Both the position numbers and the translations under genes were made by a program. A stretch of 63,464 bases of DNA, filler included, from Reticulomyxa filosa (taxonomy: Eukaryota; Protista; Foraminifera): NCBI GenBank assembly GCA_000512085.1. It is 18 parts of 18 records of this genome, joined end to end, with 100 filler letters (N's around TTAATTAATTAA, not from the genome) between each part and the next. Parts side by side here need not be neighbours in the genome. Positions count along the whole stretch, not along the records: positions 37,650 to 42,132 come from ASPP01009119.1; positions 42,233 to 45,042 come from ASPP01010998.1; positions 45,143 to 50,904 come from ASPP01037967.1; 15 more parts are not named here. One strand, 5' to 3'. Positions 38,803 to 50,359 of this stretch are shown piece by piece. Under the pieces are notes generated by a model. The model worked only from the letters and a program-made list of their open reading frames with translations, was not told the DNA's origin and ran no database searches. Numbering within the stretch: the stretch's first letter is position 1; each line of letters starts with the position of its first letter.

Positions 38803-41371
38803 TCACTGTGTTTGAACCGAGTTGATTTGATAGGGATGATATCTCGTGTTAACAGTGGACAATCCCCCCGTGGAGCGCACACCTCCATATCCAGCCGAAG
38901 GAGGCGGTGGAGGGACAGTTTGAGTAGGTACAGTGTTAGGCGCGGTAGGCTGTGTCGGCAGTGTGTAATAGGAAGACTGAGTCGTATATCCCGCGGTCGA
39001 AGAAACAGAAGGAGTGGACGAGGTAGCCGTGACCTGAGACGGAGCCACGCCCGAAGAAAGGATCTGTGTTTGAGAAGGATGCACAGCAGTCGACTGCTGA
39101 TAGTAGCTGCTCCATTGATTGGGCTGCAGCATGGCGGAAGGAGGCACACCAGTGGCTGAGGCTGTGCCCGCCGTGCCGACGGCGGTGGTAGGCTGTGTCG
39201 GCGGAGGTGGTGCGGCGTAGCTTCCCCAATCGCCGGTATTGTGTGTGTATTGAGCATACATGCCGCTAGGCTGCGACATGGTCGACGAGTAAGCGACCGA
39301 GTGAGTGGACGTGGCAGGTGTTTGCGACGGTAACAGCGACGACGAGTAGGACGGCAAAGGAGTATACATCGGGTCATATGTATTGTACCCGTAGTCGTAC
39401 CCTTGGTTATAATTGTAGTTATAATTATAATTGCCACCATTCGCATTGCTATTCGCGTCGTTATTAATTGGCGGGTAGTATTCGTCGTATCCAAAGCCTT
39501 GGTCAAAGCCATAGCTATCACCAGCTTTTTAATGTTTATTTTTGTATTTGATTTGTATATCTCAATCCAATTATATATATATGTACATATATGTATGTTT
39601 ATATGTATATGTATATATACATATACCATTGTCATGGCGATAAAAGCATGCATTGCCTCGTTTACAATTGCCTCGAGTAAAATATTTGCATGATTCATTG
39701 AATTTGGGATGGGTGGTGCTCCTGTCATTTACAAAGTATCCGTTCCACGGATCGGATGTGTATTGCTCTTCGTAGGGAGGCGAGCTCGACGAGGATGACG
39801 ACGACTGCACCACTCCTCCCATTCGCGAGTACGATGTCTGACTTCGCGCATAGTTTTGATGCATTATTATTTTCCGCTCGCTTTTCCCTTTGTTCGCAAA
39901 TTTGATTACAAACTCGCGAGGCGCTTCGGGGTACGGCTTTTTCCCATTCCAGTCCTCCATCGCCACGTGTGCCACCTCTTGCGCGTCAAAGTGAACAAAT
40001 CCCACTTCCTTCGACTCGTTTGTGTATTTGTCATACAATACGCGTGCTGCATTTATGCTCCCATACCCCTCAAAGAACTTTCGCAGTTCCATATCCCCCC
40101 ATTCTTTTGGTAGTCCTTCTACGTAGATATTTGTCAATGACAAGTAAGGATTTCGACGAGACGCTATTTTCAATTATTTATTTATTATTATTTATTTATT
40201 ATTATTTATTTATTATTATTATTATTATTTATTTAAACGTTGGCCTTTTTTTTTTAAAAAAAAAACAAAACAAAAAAATGCAAACCTGGACCAACACGAA
40301 TTGTGTGTCCATTCAATATTCTTCGATCCAATGTCTCCAAACACCTTTTTCCATCTGCGCCGGACTCAAACTCCAGAAAGGCATAACACGTATCTTTTTT
40401 GTGTATGTTTGTATGTATTGTGTTTTGGTTTGATTGAATACGTAAAAAAAAAAAAAAACACCAAATTTTTAAAATTTGATTTGATTTGGTTTCGTTTTGA
40501 TTAGTCATCAGAAATTTAGGTCAAATTTTACCATTGTTTGATTTTGATTATTTTTGTTTTGTTTTGGTTTATTTTATTTTATTTGTTTATTTATTTTGAA
40601 TTATGGTTTTGTACCGTTTCCCGTTGTCTCCAGAATTATTGTTCCTCCCCCCCCCTCTCCTCCTTCTCTCCCTTTGTGCTATGTTCAATTGACTTGATTT
40701 TGGTTTTTGGTTTTTTGTTTTGTTTGATCCTTCCTTCCAACGCAAAAAAATACCTGTTACAACTCTTTTGAAAAATTTTAATTCTCTCAACCCTCCATTT
40801 TGTTGATAAGGTTGCAACAATTGCGAAAATTGTTCTTCTCTCAAATTTCCAGGGATATTTGTCACAAAAAGCTTTTCATACATCGACATATCTACTGCAC
40901 CATTCTTGGTTTTTTTTTTTTTGTTTGTTTTCCAAAAAAAAAAAAAAAACTAATAAAAAAAAACTTGTGAACTCGCAAAAGCGATTTTTGTTTTTTGAAA
41001 AAAAAAACTTGGAAAAAAAAAGTTCAAAAAAAAAAAAAAAAAGTTTGTCTTGAGGAAAGGGAGAAAAAAAAAAAAAAAAAGGAGGGAAAGGCGAAAAGAA
41101 GGTCGGGACAAAAACTCACTGGAATTGAATTGTTTAGATTTTGTAAAGTATTAATTGTGGATATCCCGGTTGGGACACTGGTGCTCATTTTTGGCACATT
41201 TGTTGTAGTTGTTGGCGTTGTCGTTGTTGTTGTAATTGGCACATTGCTGCTTGTACCAGTATTCGTTGTGGTGTTGTTTGTACTGTTGCTCACTGACGTA
41301 GACAGCTGATTTCCATTAGAAAAATTTGATGACGTTGTGGAAGATTGAATTTGCGTATCTGTTGGATTCAT
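38803..41371 (-). CDS. RNA-binding protein: 2 RRMs (ELAV/RBMS-like) + CCCH zinc finger + Y/Q/S/T/P-rich tail; about 5 exons
   Basis: KLFVTNIP / CYAFLEF (RRM1), TNIYVEGLP / EVGFVHFD (RRM2), CKYFTRGNCKRGNACFYRH (CCCH), C-terminal RYHPY. Confidence 0.88.
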
Positions 41372-41733
41372 ATTTGAATAGCGTATGTTGCTTAGTTTTT
41401 TAACAGATTTCTTAAACACTTTCTTAGTTCACCTTTTTTTTTTGACCAGCAAGCGAGGAAATACCCTAATAAATTTTTTTCTCGTGGCTAACGGATCCAC
41501 AAAAACTTAGTTCGATCAAGGTTTTGCATTTAAAGAGGCCAAAAAGAAACTTCTGTAGTGGGTTTTGGAAGATTTTAATGTATTTACTATTATTTCTTGA
41601 CCGATTTTTAAGGGATAGTGATCCGTGTTTGTGGCAAACAAAATAGCACCCGTGGCAAATTTTTTTTTTATAATAGTAATAATTTTTTTTCCCCTTTTGG
41701 CAAGAATACACTTTATGCAATTGGGAAAGCCTC

Positions 41734-42080
41734 ATGTCCGACAATCATCCATATAAACAAGTTCCTGAACCTGACGAAGGCGCTTCTCTGTATGGAGCAG
41801 AGAATGAATCATTGCAGAATAGTACGGGCAGACCGGACCAGGTTGCCGTGAAAAAGAAGAAAAGTAAGCCCGAGGGCAACTGGGAGAGCAACAACCGACC
41901 CAGTTTCGCGAGCCACGACGCAGCAGCGACAAAAGACGCGCCACCCCAACAAAACATAAGTAACTCACCAATCCCCAAGATTTGGACAAGTGTGTCGCGA
42001 ACAATGAAAAAGATGAATCCACCACCGGGATCTATCCGAGCATCGACTTTTACGGTCATCACCGGGATGGTTGGAGGAGG
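41734..42080 (+). CDS. Amino-acid transporter (AAAP/SLC38-like), first exon
   Basis: Hydrophilic N-terminus then PGSIRASTFTVITGMVGGG (AAAP TM1 motif GS...S.F......VG.G) followed by a GT donor. Confidence 0.65.
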
Positions 42081-42232
42081 TGTGCAAACCATTGCGTTTT
42101 TGCGCACCCTTTTTTTTTTTTTTTTTTTTTTTNNNNNNNNNNNNNNNNNNNNNNNNNNNNNNNNNNNNNNNNNNNNTTAATTAATTAANNNNNNNNNNNN
42201 NNNNNNNNNNNNNNNNNNNNNNNNNNNNNNNN

Positions 42233-42270
<38 letters not shown>

Positions 42271-42293
42271 GTTTGTGAAAAAAAATGTCAAAC

Positions 42294-43793
42294 TTACACG
42301 TGCGATAAAACAGGTAAATACATCAAATACTTGCCGTACAAAGCTTCGATCCATTTATACCAAAACTGTGCAGTACCTTTCGCTGGATAAGATATAGCAT
42401 TGCTATTTGTTGTTGTTGTTGTTGTCGTTGTCGCTGCCGTTGTCGTGACCGTTGTTGCATTTGCAGCTTCATTTGCATTTGTATTCGTATTCGTATTCGT
42501 ATTTGTATTTATATTTACATTTACATTTACATTTACATTTGCATTTGCAACAGCGTTGGCATTGGTATTTGCAATGACAACAGGGTCGTCATCGACGTCG
42601 ATGAGATGCTTCGACGACACGGCCATGGATTTGCGGCGGATCATTTGGGCTTGCTCTTGCAAGGCTCTGGAGTTGACCTGCAAATACTCCTCGCCAATGG
42701 AAAACACCGGGATGATTCGGGTGGCTTGACGTTGAACAGGGTTGGTGTGGACCGTTTCGCTGGTCGACAGCACAGACTGTGTGGCGGTCAAATTCCGAGG
42801 AATCGATATTTGTTCATTGATGGCATAGTTGTCCATGCCCGGCTTTTGGTCCAATATCACCCATTCATTGTCGATTTCGACTACTTGTCGTTTGTTCTCA
42901 CTGTTGTTATCATCGTCATCATTATTATTGTCATTATTATTGTCATTGTTATTGTCATTATTATTGTCATTATTATTGTCATTGTTATTGTCATTGTTAT
43001 TGTCATTATTATTGTCATTATTATTGTCATTATTATTGTCATTATTATTGTCATTATTATTGTCATTGTTATTGTCATTATTATTGTTATTATCAATGTT
43101 GTTTTCATTGTTGTCGTTATCCTGTTTCAATTCATTATCATTCTTTTTATCGAATCTTGCTCCTCTTTATCATTCGCTTCTTCATACAATGAATCCAATG
43201 GCGACAATACCTTTTGTTCCACTTGCAATTTCTCACTGCTTCTTTGCTCGGCCATTGCTATTTCAATACCCAGGTGATCTTCGTCGCTTTTTATCGACGA
43301 CATGTATGATACATTATTTGTATACTGTCTTCCTATTAGTATGCTTTCTTTCTTTCCTTGGTTCTCCGTGTTCTGTCTTTCTTCCTTTTCTTGGTCCTTG
43401 TTCGCTGTTCAAACATTATCTTTTTTTTTTTTTTTTTTTTTTTTTTTCCCCACTTATATATAACTCCTTCTTTTCACAACTCTCTTTCAAGTCGTAACTT
43501 AATTCTGGCAACACAGATTCATTGGCCGTTGGCGAAGCATTCGGTGCTATTTCATTCCTTTTCCTGCTTGTCATAGTAGCTACTTCAGCTACATTCCCCG
43601 TATTTGAGTTGAGCAAACTTCGTAGCTCTGCAAATGTAAACGCTGACGCAATAATAAATGCACCCAAGTACAGCCCCAGGTACACGTAAGTCACTGTTTG
43701 GGGAATGCTTGAAGACGTTGTACATTCGTGAGTCTTTGCAGCGCTAACAACCAAAAAAGTAAAGTTTATTATGAGAAGCAAATTAAAAAGCAT
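42294..43793 (-). CDS. Predicted membrane protein (signal peptide, TM, then long N/D/T-rich loop), 3'-truncated; frameshift in an A-run at ~43146
   Basis: MLFNLLLIINFTFLVVSAAK; YVYLGLYLGAFIIASAFTF; (NDNN)n; ends FWYKWIEALYGKYLMYLPVLSH at a GT donor. Confidence 0.6.
42918..43085 (-). repeat. 12-bp coding minisatellite (AATGACAAYAAT)n encoding (NDNN)n, about 13 copies; 6-bp NV/NT repeats at 42470-42545
   Basis: Directly visible tandem units. Confidence 0.92.
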
Positions 43794-45142
43794 TTGCCAA
43801 TATGATTTTTCTTGAAAATTTACGTGTCCTTTCCTGTCTTTGCTTTCTTTTTAGAGAAAAAGTTTAAAAAAGTACAAAGTGAAGAAAAAAAAAAGGAAGA
43901 ATATCGTCCCAAATGGAACACAACACTTGAAAAAAAAGTTGAAAGTATTTCATTCAGATGTTTTTTTATTTTGAATGCTTGCATGGGTGGGCATAACATC
44001 GGATATCCAATTCTCAATTGTTTAGCTACTGTTACAAAAATGACAATCACCATCGTGTTAATAGTACTATGTTAAATTTGCCTATCTGTGGCCACAACAA
44101 ATATTGCCAATTCCTTTAAATAGGATCCAGAAACAAAAATTAAAATTTTACTGTCTCCAACTAATAACTTCTTTAATTTTAATTTTTTGAGATTTAGCTT
44201 GGTTGTATGCTCACTACTTTTGCATACCATATCATACTTAAGCTATTATAATGATAACATTTCATTAAAAAATAGTCCAAAGTTTCAAATAAATCTTTGC
44301 ACCATTTACAATATGATGACTGGCTACGATTTATTTTATGAAGGTAATAGTTTAACACCACTTTACATGTGATCATCATACATAATTCTACGTTCATGTA
44401 CTTCTAAACGATATATGAATTTCAATAAAAATGTTAAATATGTATTTCTTAGGATGCTTATGTTTTTGGTTTTCATTTCATTTGTTTATACAATGTCTAT
44501 TCCACAATAATGTAAAGTAAGGACCCAAACTGTACGAATTCAGAAAATATGTACTTTTATCATGTTTTAAATATTTCATAACAGCCTCTTTTCAAGTTTT
44601 CTCTCGCACGCTTTTCAACATGACATGCCTTTTCATTTACTAGTATTTCTGTAAAAACTACAAATAATAACAGTTTATTTTGTTATTAATATGAAATTTT
44701 CAAACAACAAGATCATTACACAAACACGTCAAATTTGCATTGATAGTGAAATAATAATCTTTTGAATGAATGAATATATATTCTTCAAAGAGTTCATGAT
44801 CTTACTATCTCTTGTTAGAGTTTTGCTTGCTCTTTAATGTTTGATTTTTAGCAATTTTTTTTAATTGTTTTAACATTATTTTTATTGCCATAGCATTTTT
44901 TTGTTTTGACTATTTTCAATTATTTTGTTTTCAAGTCGATAATGAAATTCCAATTTCACGTCTTATTTCTTAACTCATTTGACGCACCAAAAAATTAATC
45001 AATCAGAAAAAAGGTTGGTTTGAAAATTATGTCAACCAATCTNNNNNNNNNNNNNNNNNNNNNNNNNNNNNNNNNNNNNNNNNNNNTTAATTAATTAANN
45101 NNNNNNNNNNNNNNNNNNNNNNNNNNNNNNNNNNNNNNNNNN

Positions 45143-47224
45143 AAAAAACCAAAAAAAGATAAAGATAATAACTCCACCGACAACGACGACGATAACGACA
45201 AACGCAAAACCAACAAAAAAAAACCAAAAAAAGATAAAGATGATAACTCCGACGACGACGACAAAAGCAAAAAAAAAGATAAAAAAAAAAAGAAAAGAAA
45301 AAATGAAAGTGAAAGTGACAAGGATAGCTCCACTGACGAAAAATCCAATAAAAAAAAAAAAAGAAAAAGAAAAAATGAAAGTGAAAGTGAAAGTGAAGAT
45401 AACAGTAACAGTGATACGTACCAAAAAAAAAATAAAAAAGAACCAGTCGATCCCGAGTGGGATAAAGTATTCCCAATGGATGAAACCAAAGATTCAGAGC
45501 CACTTGCATTAATCAACAACAATGAAGTTGAACAAATCGCCATGAAAGGTAATCTGAAAGTAAAAAAGGCTATCGAATGCATTCAAGTCCATGATCGATT
45601 GGCTGTGTTTAAGGATGATTTCAAATATAAAAAAGACGTGGATTCTGAAATCAAGACATATTGTCTAAGTATTCAACAAGCAGCAGTTGAAATATTTAAG
45701 GCGTATGGCACAATGGGAACTAATTTCTTAATAGCACAGACGATTGTCCAATGGAAACCACAGAAAGTAGAGTCAATCGAAGCAAAAGTATTTTGGGATG
45801 GTGTTGTATGCGCTTGTAATGAAGTGGTCACTCAATTGATGAGCACTATTCGATTGGGAGCAGGATTTCAACAGGCATTGGCTGGAGTGCGAGCCGGCAT
45901 AGTTGATTTTGTAGATCGCTGTTCGTATGGTGAAAATGTTCCATTTGCAATTCAGGGATTAAATATCCAACTCGACAAATTTAAAAAGTATCAAAGTAAG
46001 GTTTGTCTATTCGTTGAAAAGACAGAAAAAGAAGTTAACGAGTCAGTAAGACAATCTTTTAATAATGGAGGATCAAAAGAAGCGGAAGAAATCTCTAAAC
46101 AATTGCTTAGCATATTCGAAAAACTGAAAAAAGCAGAAGAAAAAAAAAAAGAATTTCGAAAAAAAGAAGAAGAAACATCCAAAGAAATTGAAAAAATAAT
46201 GAAATCAGTTGGCGAAAAACAAGCTAATAAATGTTCACGTGAAATCGAACTTTCCATTGCAAAAAATGATGTTGCTAGTAGTCAAGCAGCAAAGGATTGG
46301 TCACAAAAACGGAAACAAGAGCTAAATCAAGAGGCCAGCAAAGCAACGGATTGGTGCACTGTGACTAAATATCGTACCTGTTACACATATCGTTGGTATT
46401 GGTGGTCTTATTCGTGGCCATATCAAGAGTCTTATCAAGAATCCACTCAAACTGGAGAACAAACAAAATTAAGGGAAATGGAAGATAAAATGAAAAAAGA
46501 AACTGAAGAATTTGAAGCCAAAAGAGAGAAAGCTGTAAAAAGACAACAGGAAAATAATACAGAAATTATTAAATTAAATGATGAAATCGATACTTTGGAA
46601 AAAAAAAAAAATGATCTTATCAAAAAAACTAATGACGAAATGAAAGAAATTGAAAAAGAAATTGATGATATTATCAAAGAGAAAGATAAACTTCAAGATA
46701 ATTTGTCTGAAATTTTAAAAAAAACAGGTTTACGAAGTGCTGATGCTGTCAAAGAATTTTTCCAAGTTTATGATAAATTCCAACAAGGATTAGTTGTTAA
46801 TTATGCTGGTCTAGTCAATATTGCAAAAGATATCAATATTTTAGAACAATGGTTTTCTCTTAAATTCAACACTGAAATTAAATTAGAAACTCTGTTGCGT
46901 TCTTCCGATTTGGGAGCATTAACCCAACCTTTGCAAACTATTGGAATTAACAAAGCTATTCATTTATGCAGAAAAGGTGGTAATTTTAATAAAGATATTC
47001 GTCGTCGTTTACAAGCCATTGATGGTATTAACCCATTTGATATTGATTCATTGGAATATTTTTGTGAAGATCTTACTATTGACGACATTAAAAAACAACA
47101 AAAAATGAAAGAACAATCTACAAAAATGATTGTTGCTATAATGTCTCGTCCATTGTGTGTGTTTTTACATCAATTAGGTGATGGTATGCAAAAAGCTCAA
47201 AAGCAAATCACAATTGAAAAATAA
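45143..47224 (+). CDS. Paralogue A: K/D-rich linker + helical domain interrupted by a ~210-aa coiled-coil hairpin with a W/Y-rich tip; 5'-truncated
   Basis: Frame continues upstream of ATG 45476 into the K-rich repeats; aligns with paralogue B on both sides of the insert (AQTIVQWKP/AQIVIRWKP, FWD, FAIQGL/FAVQGL, LTQPLQTIG/LTTPLQTIG). Confidence 0.85.
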   Translation, partial: KKPKKDKDNNSTDNDDDNDKRKTNKKKPKKDKDDNSDDDDKSKKKDKKKKKRKNESESDKDSSTDEKSNKKKKRKRKNESESESEDNSNSDTYQKKNKKEPVDPEWDKVFPMDETKDSEPLALINNNEVEQIAMKGNLKVKKAIECIQVHDRLAVFKDDFKYKKDVDSEIKTYCLSIQQAAVEIFKAYGTMGTNFLIAQTIVQWKPQKVESIEAKVFWDGVVCACNEVVTQLMSTIRLGAGFQQALAGVRAGIVDFVDRCSYGENVPFAIQGLNIQLDKFKKYQSKVCLFVEKTEKEVNESVRQSFNNGGSKEAEEISKQLLSIFEKLKKAEEKKKEFRKKEEETSKEIEKIMKSVGEKQANKCSREIELSIAKNDVASSQAAKDWSQKRKQELNQEASKATDWCTVTKYRTCYTYRWYWWSYSWPYQESYQESTQTGEQTKLREMEDKMKKETEEFEAKREKAVKRQQENNTEIIKLNDEIDTLEKKKNDLIKKTNDEMKEIEKEIDDIIKEKDKLQDNLSEILKKTGLRSADAVKEFFQVYDKFQQGLVVNYAGLVNIAKDINILEQWFSLKFNTEIKLETLLRSSDLGALTQPLQTIGINKAIHLCRKGGNFNKDIRRRLQAIDGINPFDIDSLEYFCEDLTIDDIKKQQKMKEQSTKMIVAIMSRPLCVFLHQLGDGMQKAQKQITIEK

Positions 47225-47554
47225 TACATATTATACTTGTATTGTTGTGTTGTATTATACTTGCTTTTTCATATCAATACAATTAATCATTCATTTTTGC
47301 TTTTCTCCGAATAACAATTTCCATTCAATATATTTTTTTAATTCACAAAACATCACAGAAAAAACAACCAATAAAACGATACATCATTATTACAATATTA
47401 CAATATTACAATAATATAATAACAAAATATCGTAATATTTCAATACACAACTATGTTACCATTATCTTCTTTTATTCAAAATAACAATTTCTTGTATCGT
47501 AATATATATTTGTCTATTTTGTGAGTTTTCTGCTGCTGAAAGAGGTGCGCAAAC

Positions 47555-47751
47555 TGTAATACGAAAGGTTTTCGCTCTTTTGAGCAATTTAAGACAAAAG
47601 AAGAATAAATTAAATAAAAGAGAAACAAATAACAAGATTCAACAAGTGAAAGAGGAAAAACAAGTTGTAGTGTGTTATTAGAATAAAGGGGTTTCAAAGT
47701 TCATTTGGGTTTTGCGAGAATTGCTTATTACGACATATCATGAGTACTACA
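47555..47751 (-). mobile_element. Possible degenerate LTR-like element related to 55550-55777
   Basis: Bounded by TGTAATAC...GTACTACA; internal purine tract followed by aagggGTTTC as in the other copies; no target-site duplication. Confidence 0.3.
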
Positions 47752-48116
47752 ATTTCTGTCGATATAAAATTTCTTTGAATATAATGGATATTAAATCTAG
47801 ACAAGATAATTTAAAACTTGTTATATTGATCATACATAATTGCTTTATATTACATTTGTGAAGTAAGTAGAGAATTGGTTAATGTGTTTATTTTGACAAC
47901 ATTGAAAGCATTTATTAGTGAAATTGGATCAAAATAATGCCAATATGATTAAATAGTATTAAATGTATTGTATATTACTATTTCATGGTATATTTTTGAA
48001 AGATGAAATTAATATCATATTTGCAAAGTATATTAAAAAAAATTTTGAAAAAGTGTTGATTTTTCAGTGAGAAAATTGAACACAAAGTTTGATTGAATAT
48101 GTTTAATTTATTATGT

Positions 48117-49855
48117 TTAATTTCTTTGTTCAACAACTCTTTGCGCCCTTTGTACATTAATTTTAAGTTTTTCAAAAAAAAGGTTCAACTGCTTGGCCAT
48201 GGTCACAGCCATTTTTTGATTGGTTTGTTCCTTTTGTTTTGATATATGTTTCTGTTGTTGATTGTATCGACAAAACTTCGCACAATGATTTAAGCTCCTG
48301 AATTAGTGATTTGCTTACACCTGCATTCTTCAAAGGGTCTGCAATATTATTTTGGAAAAAGTCTTGCTTTTTAATTTTCAAATGAATGATCTTAGTAACT
48401 CCAATGGTTTGCAAAGGCGTTGTCAATCGTGATAATCCATGATTTTCTAAAAGTTCTTCCAAACTAATTCCATTATCACAATGTTTTTCGAACCATTGTA
48501 AAATGAAATCAGCACCTTTTCGAATGTTTGTAATGCAAGTAATATTAACTATTAAGCCATTGATAAAATTTTGATGACATTTCAAAAATGATTGAAAAAT
48601 ATTTTGATCGATTCCAACACTTGCGAATTTGCGTTTTAATTTTGTTTCAAGTGCAAATGAATCATTATTATCATTGTCAGTAGTTTCTAATAAAGATTGA
48701 AGGGATTTGGAACAATTGTTTTGAGTTTGTTGAAAAGATTTAATTAAGTAATTGGCATGATCGTTGGCTTTGACGAACTGTTGTCTTAGTCCTTGCACAG
48801 CAAATGACATAGGTTCATGTTCGATACAATCAATAAAATTAGTTAAACCACAGTGTAGAAAAGCGATCATTTCTTGAAATTTGGCCCCCATTTTTATGAT
48901 TGTTAATAATTGTGATGAAACATTTTGACAAGATGTTGTTGCGCAATCCCAAAATAATTTGTCATTTTTGGAGGACATATTATATGGTTTCCATCGAATA
49001 ACAATTTGCGCCAATTCAAAACACGTTTCCATTGTATCGTATGTTTGGCACATGGTTAATGCTGCTGTTTCCACATTGTTTAAGAATGACTCCATTTCTG
49101 ATTTCTCATCACACACTATTCTTATCTCATCGATTTTTGCCCAATCCATTTTTGATTGTTTGCGCATATCATTATCTTTCTTCTGTTCTTCTTTTTTTAT
49201 TTTCATTGTTTTCATTTTTAACGAACGTGTCGTTTCTTTTTTGTATCGATCCATCCAAATTCTTTTTAAATCGCTGCCTGCTTCTATCAACTCGCCATTC
49301 GAGTCTTCTAAATATTTATTTGTCGACATTTTTATTATTTTTTTCAAATCTGTCAAATGTTTATCCCAATTTTCTGTTTCCATTCGATTCACAAATTCTG
49401 GATCATTTGCTCCTTTTGGACGCCATGTCATTTTATCTTCTTCAAATTCTCTTTCGATCATTAAACAGCGCTTTGTTTGTTTTTTTTTTTTTTTTTCAAA
49501 AAGATAGTCAGTCAATTTTTTTACTCTTTTTTGCCGAAATCAAATAAAAATACCATATCAAGCACACAAGACTGTTCAGTCTTTTGATCAATCCACCAGT
49601 TCCATAAACTTAATAATTTATCACTATCGAAAATAACAGTATTTTTTACCAACAAAAAAATTGATCCGGGTGATAACTTTAACTCACGTTTTATCGTTTT
49701 CAACAACTCTTCCCAATTTTCATCTTTCAATTCTTCTGACATTTTTCCATCTTTTTTCAAGTTTTGGGGCCGATATTTGAGTTTACTTTTTTTATACGTC
49801 TCAATCTCCAAGTACTTCTCCTTTTTTTTTTTTTTTTGGAGTTTGTTTGAGCCAT
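48117..49855 (-). CDS. Paralogue B: two PB1/ubiquitin-like modules + helical domain without the coiled-coil insert; intron 49471-49553; A-run frameshifts at ~49830 and ~48238
   Basis: Homology to A; the shifted-frame tail QKEQTNQKMAVTMAKQLNLFFEKLKINVQRAQR matches A's KEQSTKMIVAIMSRPLCVFLHQLGDGMQKAQK; the N-terminal module is repeated (ENWEELL..DKLLSLW / ENWDKHL..SDLKRIW). Confidence 0.82.
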
Positions 49856-50359
49856 ACCAAAAAAACTGACTCCATTTTTATTATTACTGTTTAAGAAAAT
49901 AGATAGAGAAAATACAACAACAATAACATGTTTGAAATAACTTGAGCTTGACATTGATCTTTTACAAGCAATTACTACTCTTTATTTACAGAGAACAAAA
50001 ATAGTTTTTTTTAAAGTTAATTTCACCTCTCTGAAAGGCACTGGCGATTTGTACATTTTCAATTATTTTAAATTTTTGATTATCTTGTTTTGGATCTACA
50101 TTTGGGAGAAAAAATATATACATATATGGAAAATTGATACACAAACTTTACAAAATGGAAAAGACTGATTGCAAATAATGCGGATGATGATGTTCATAAT
50201 AACCCAAAATGCAACAAAATTTTCTTATACGTTAAAGAAAGATATCTTCAATATTTTCAAATAACTCTAATGAGTTGTACTTTTTTTCCTTCCTAAATTT
50301 GTGTTCATCTTTTTTTGAAAAACAAAAAAATTGCATATTTTAGCAAGATAATTAAGCTA

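Noticed and set aside
42400-43497. Long hydrophobic + strand ORFs (LLLS/IVII repeats)
   Set aside because: Antisense readings of the NDNN and NV/NT coding repeats.
45087-45582. Minus-strand F-rich ORFs
   Set aside because: Antisense of the K/D-rich linker of paralogue A.
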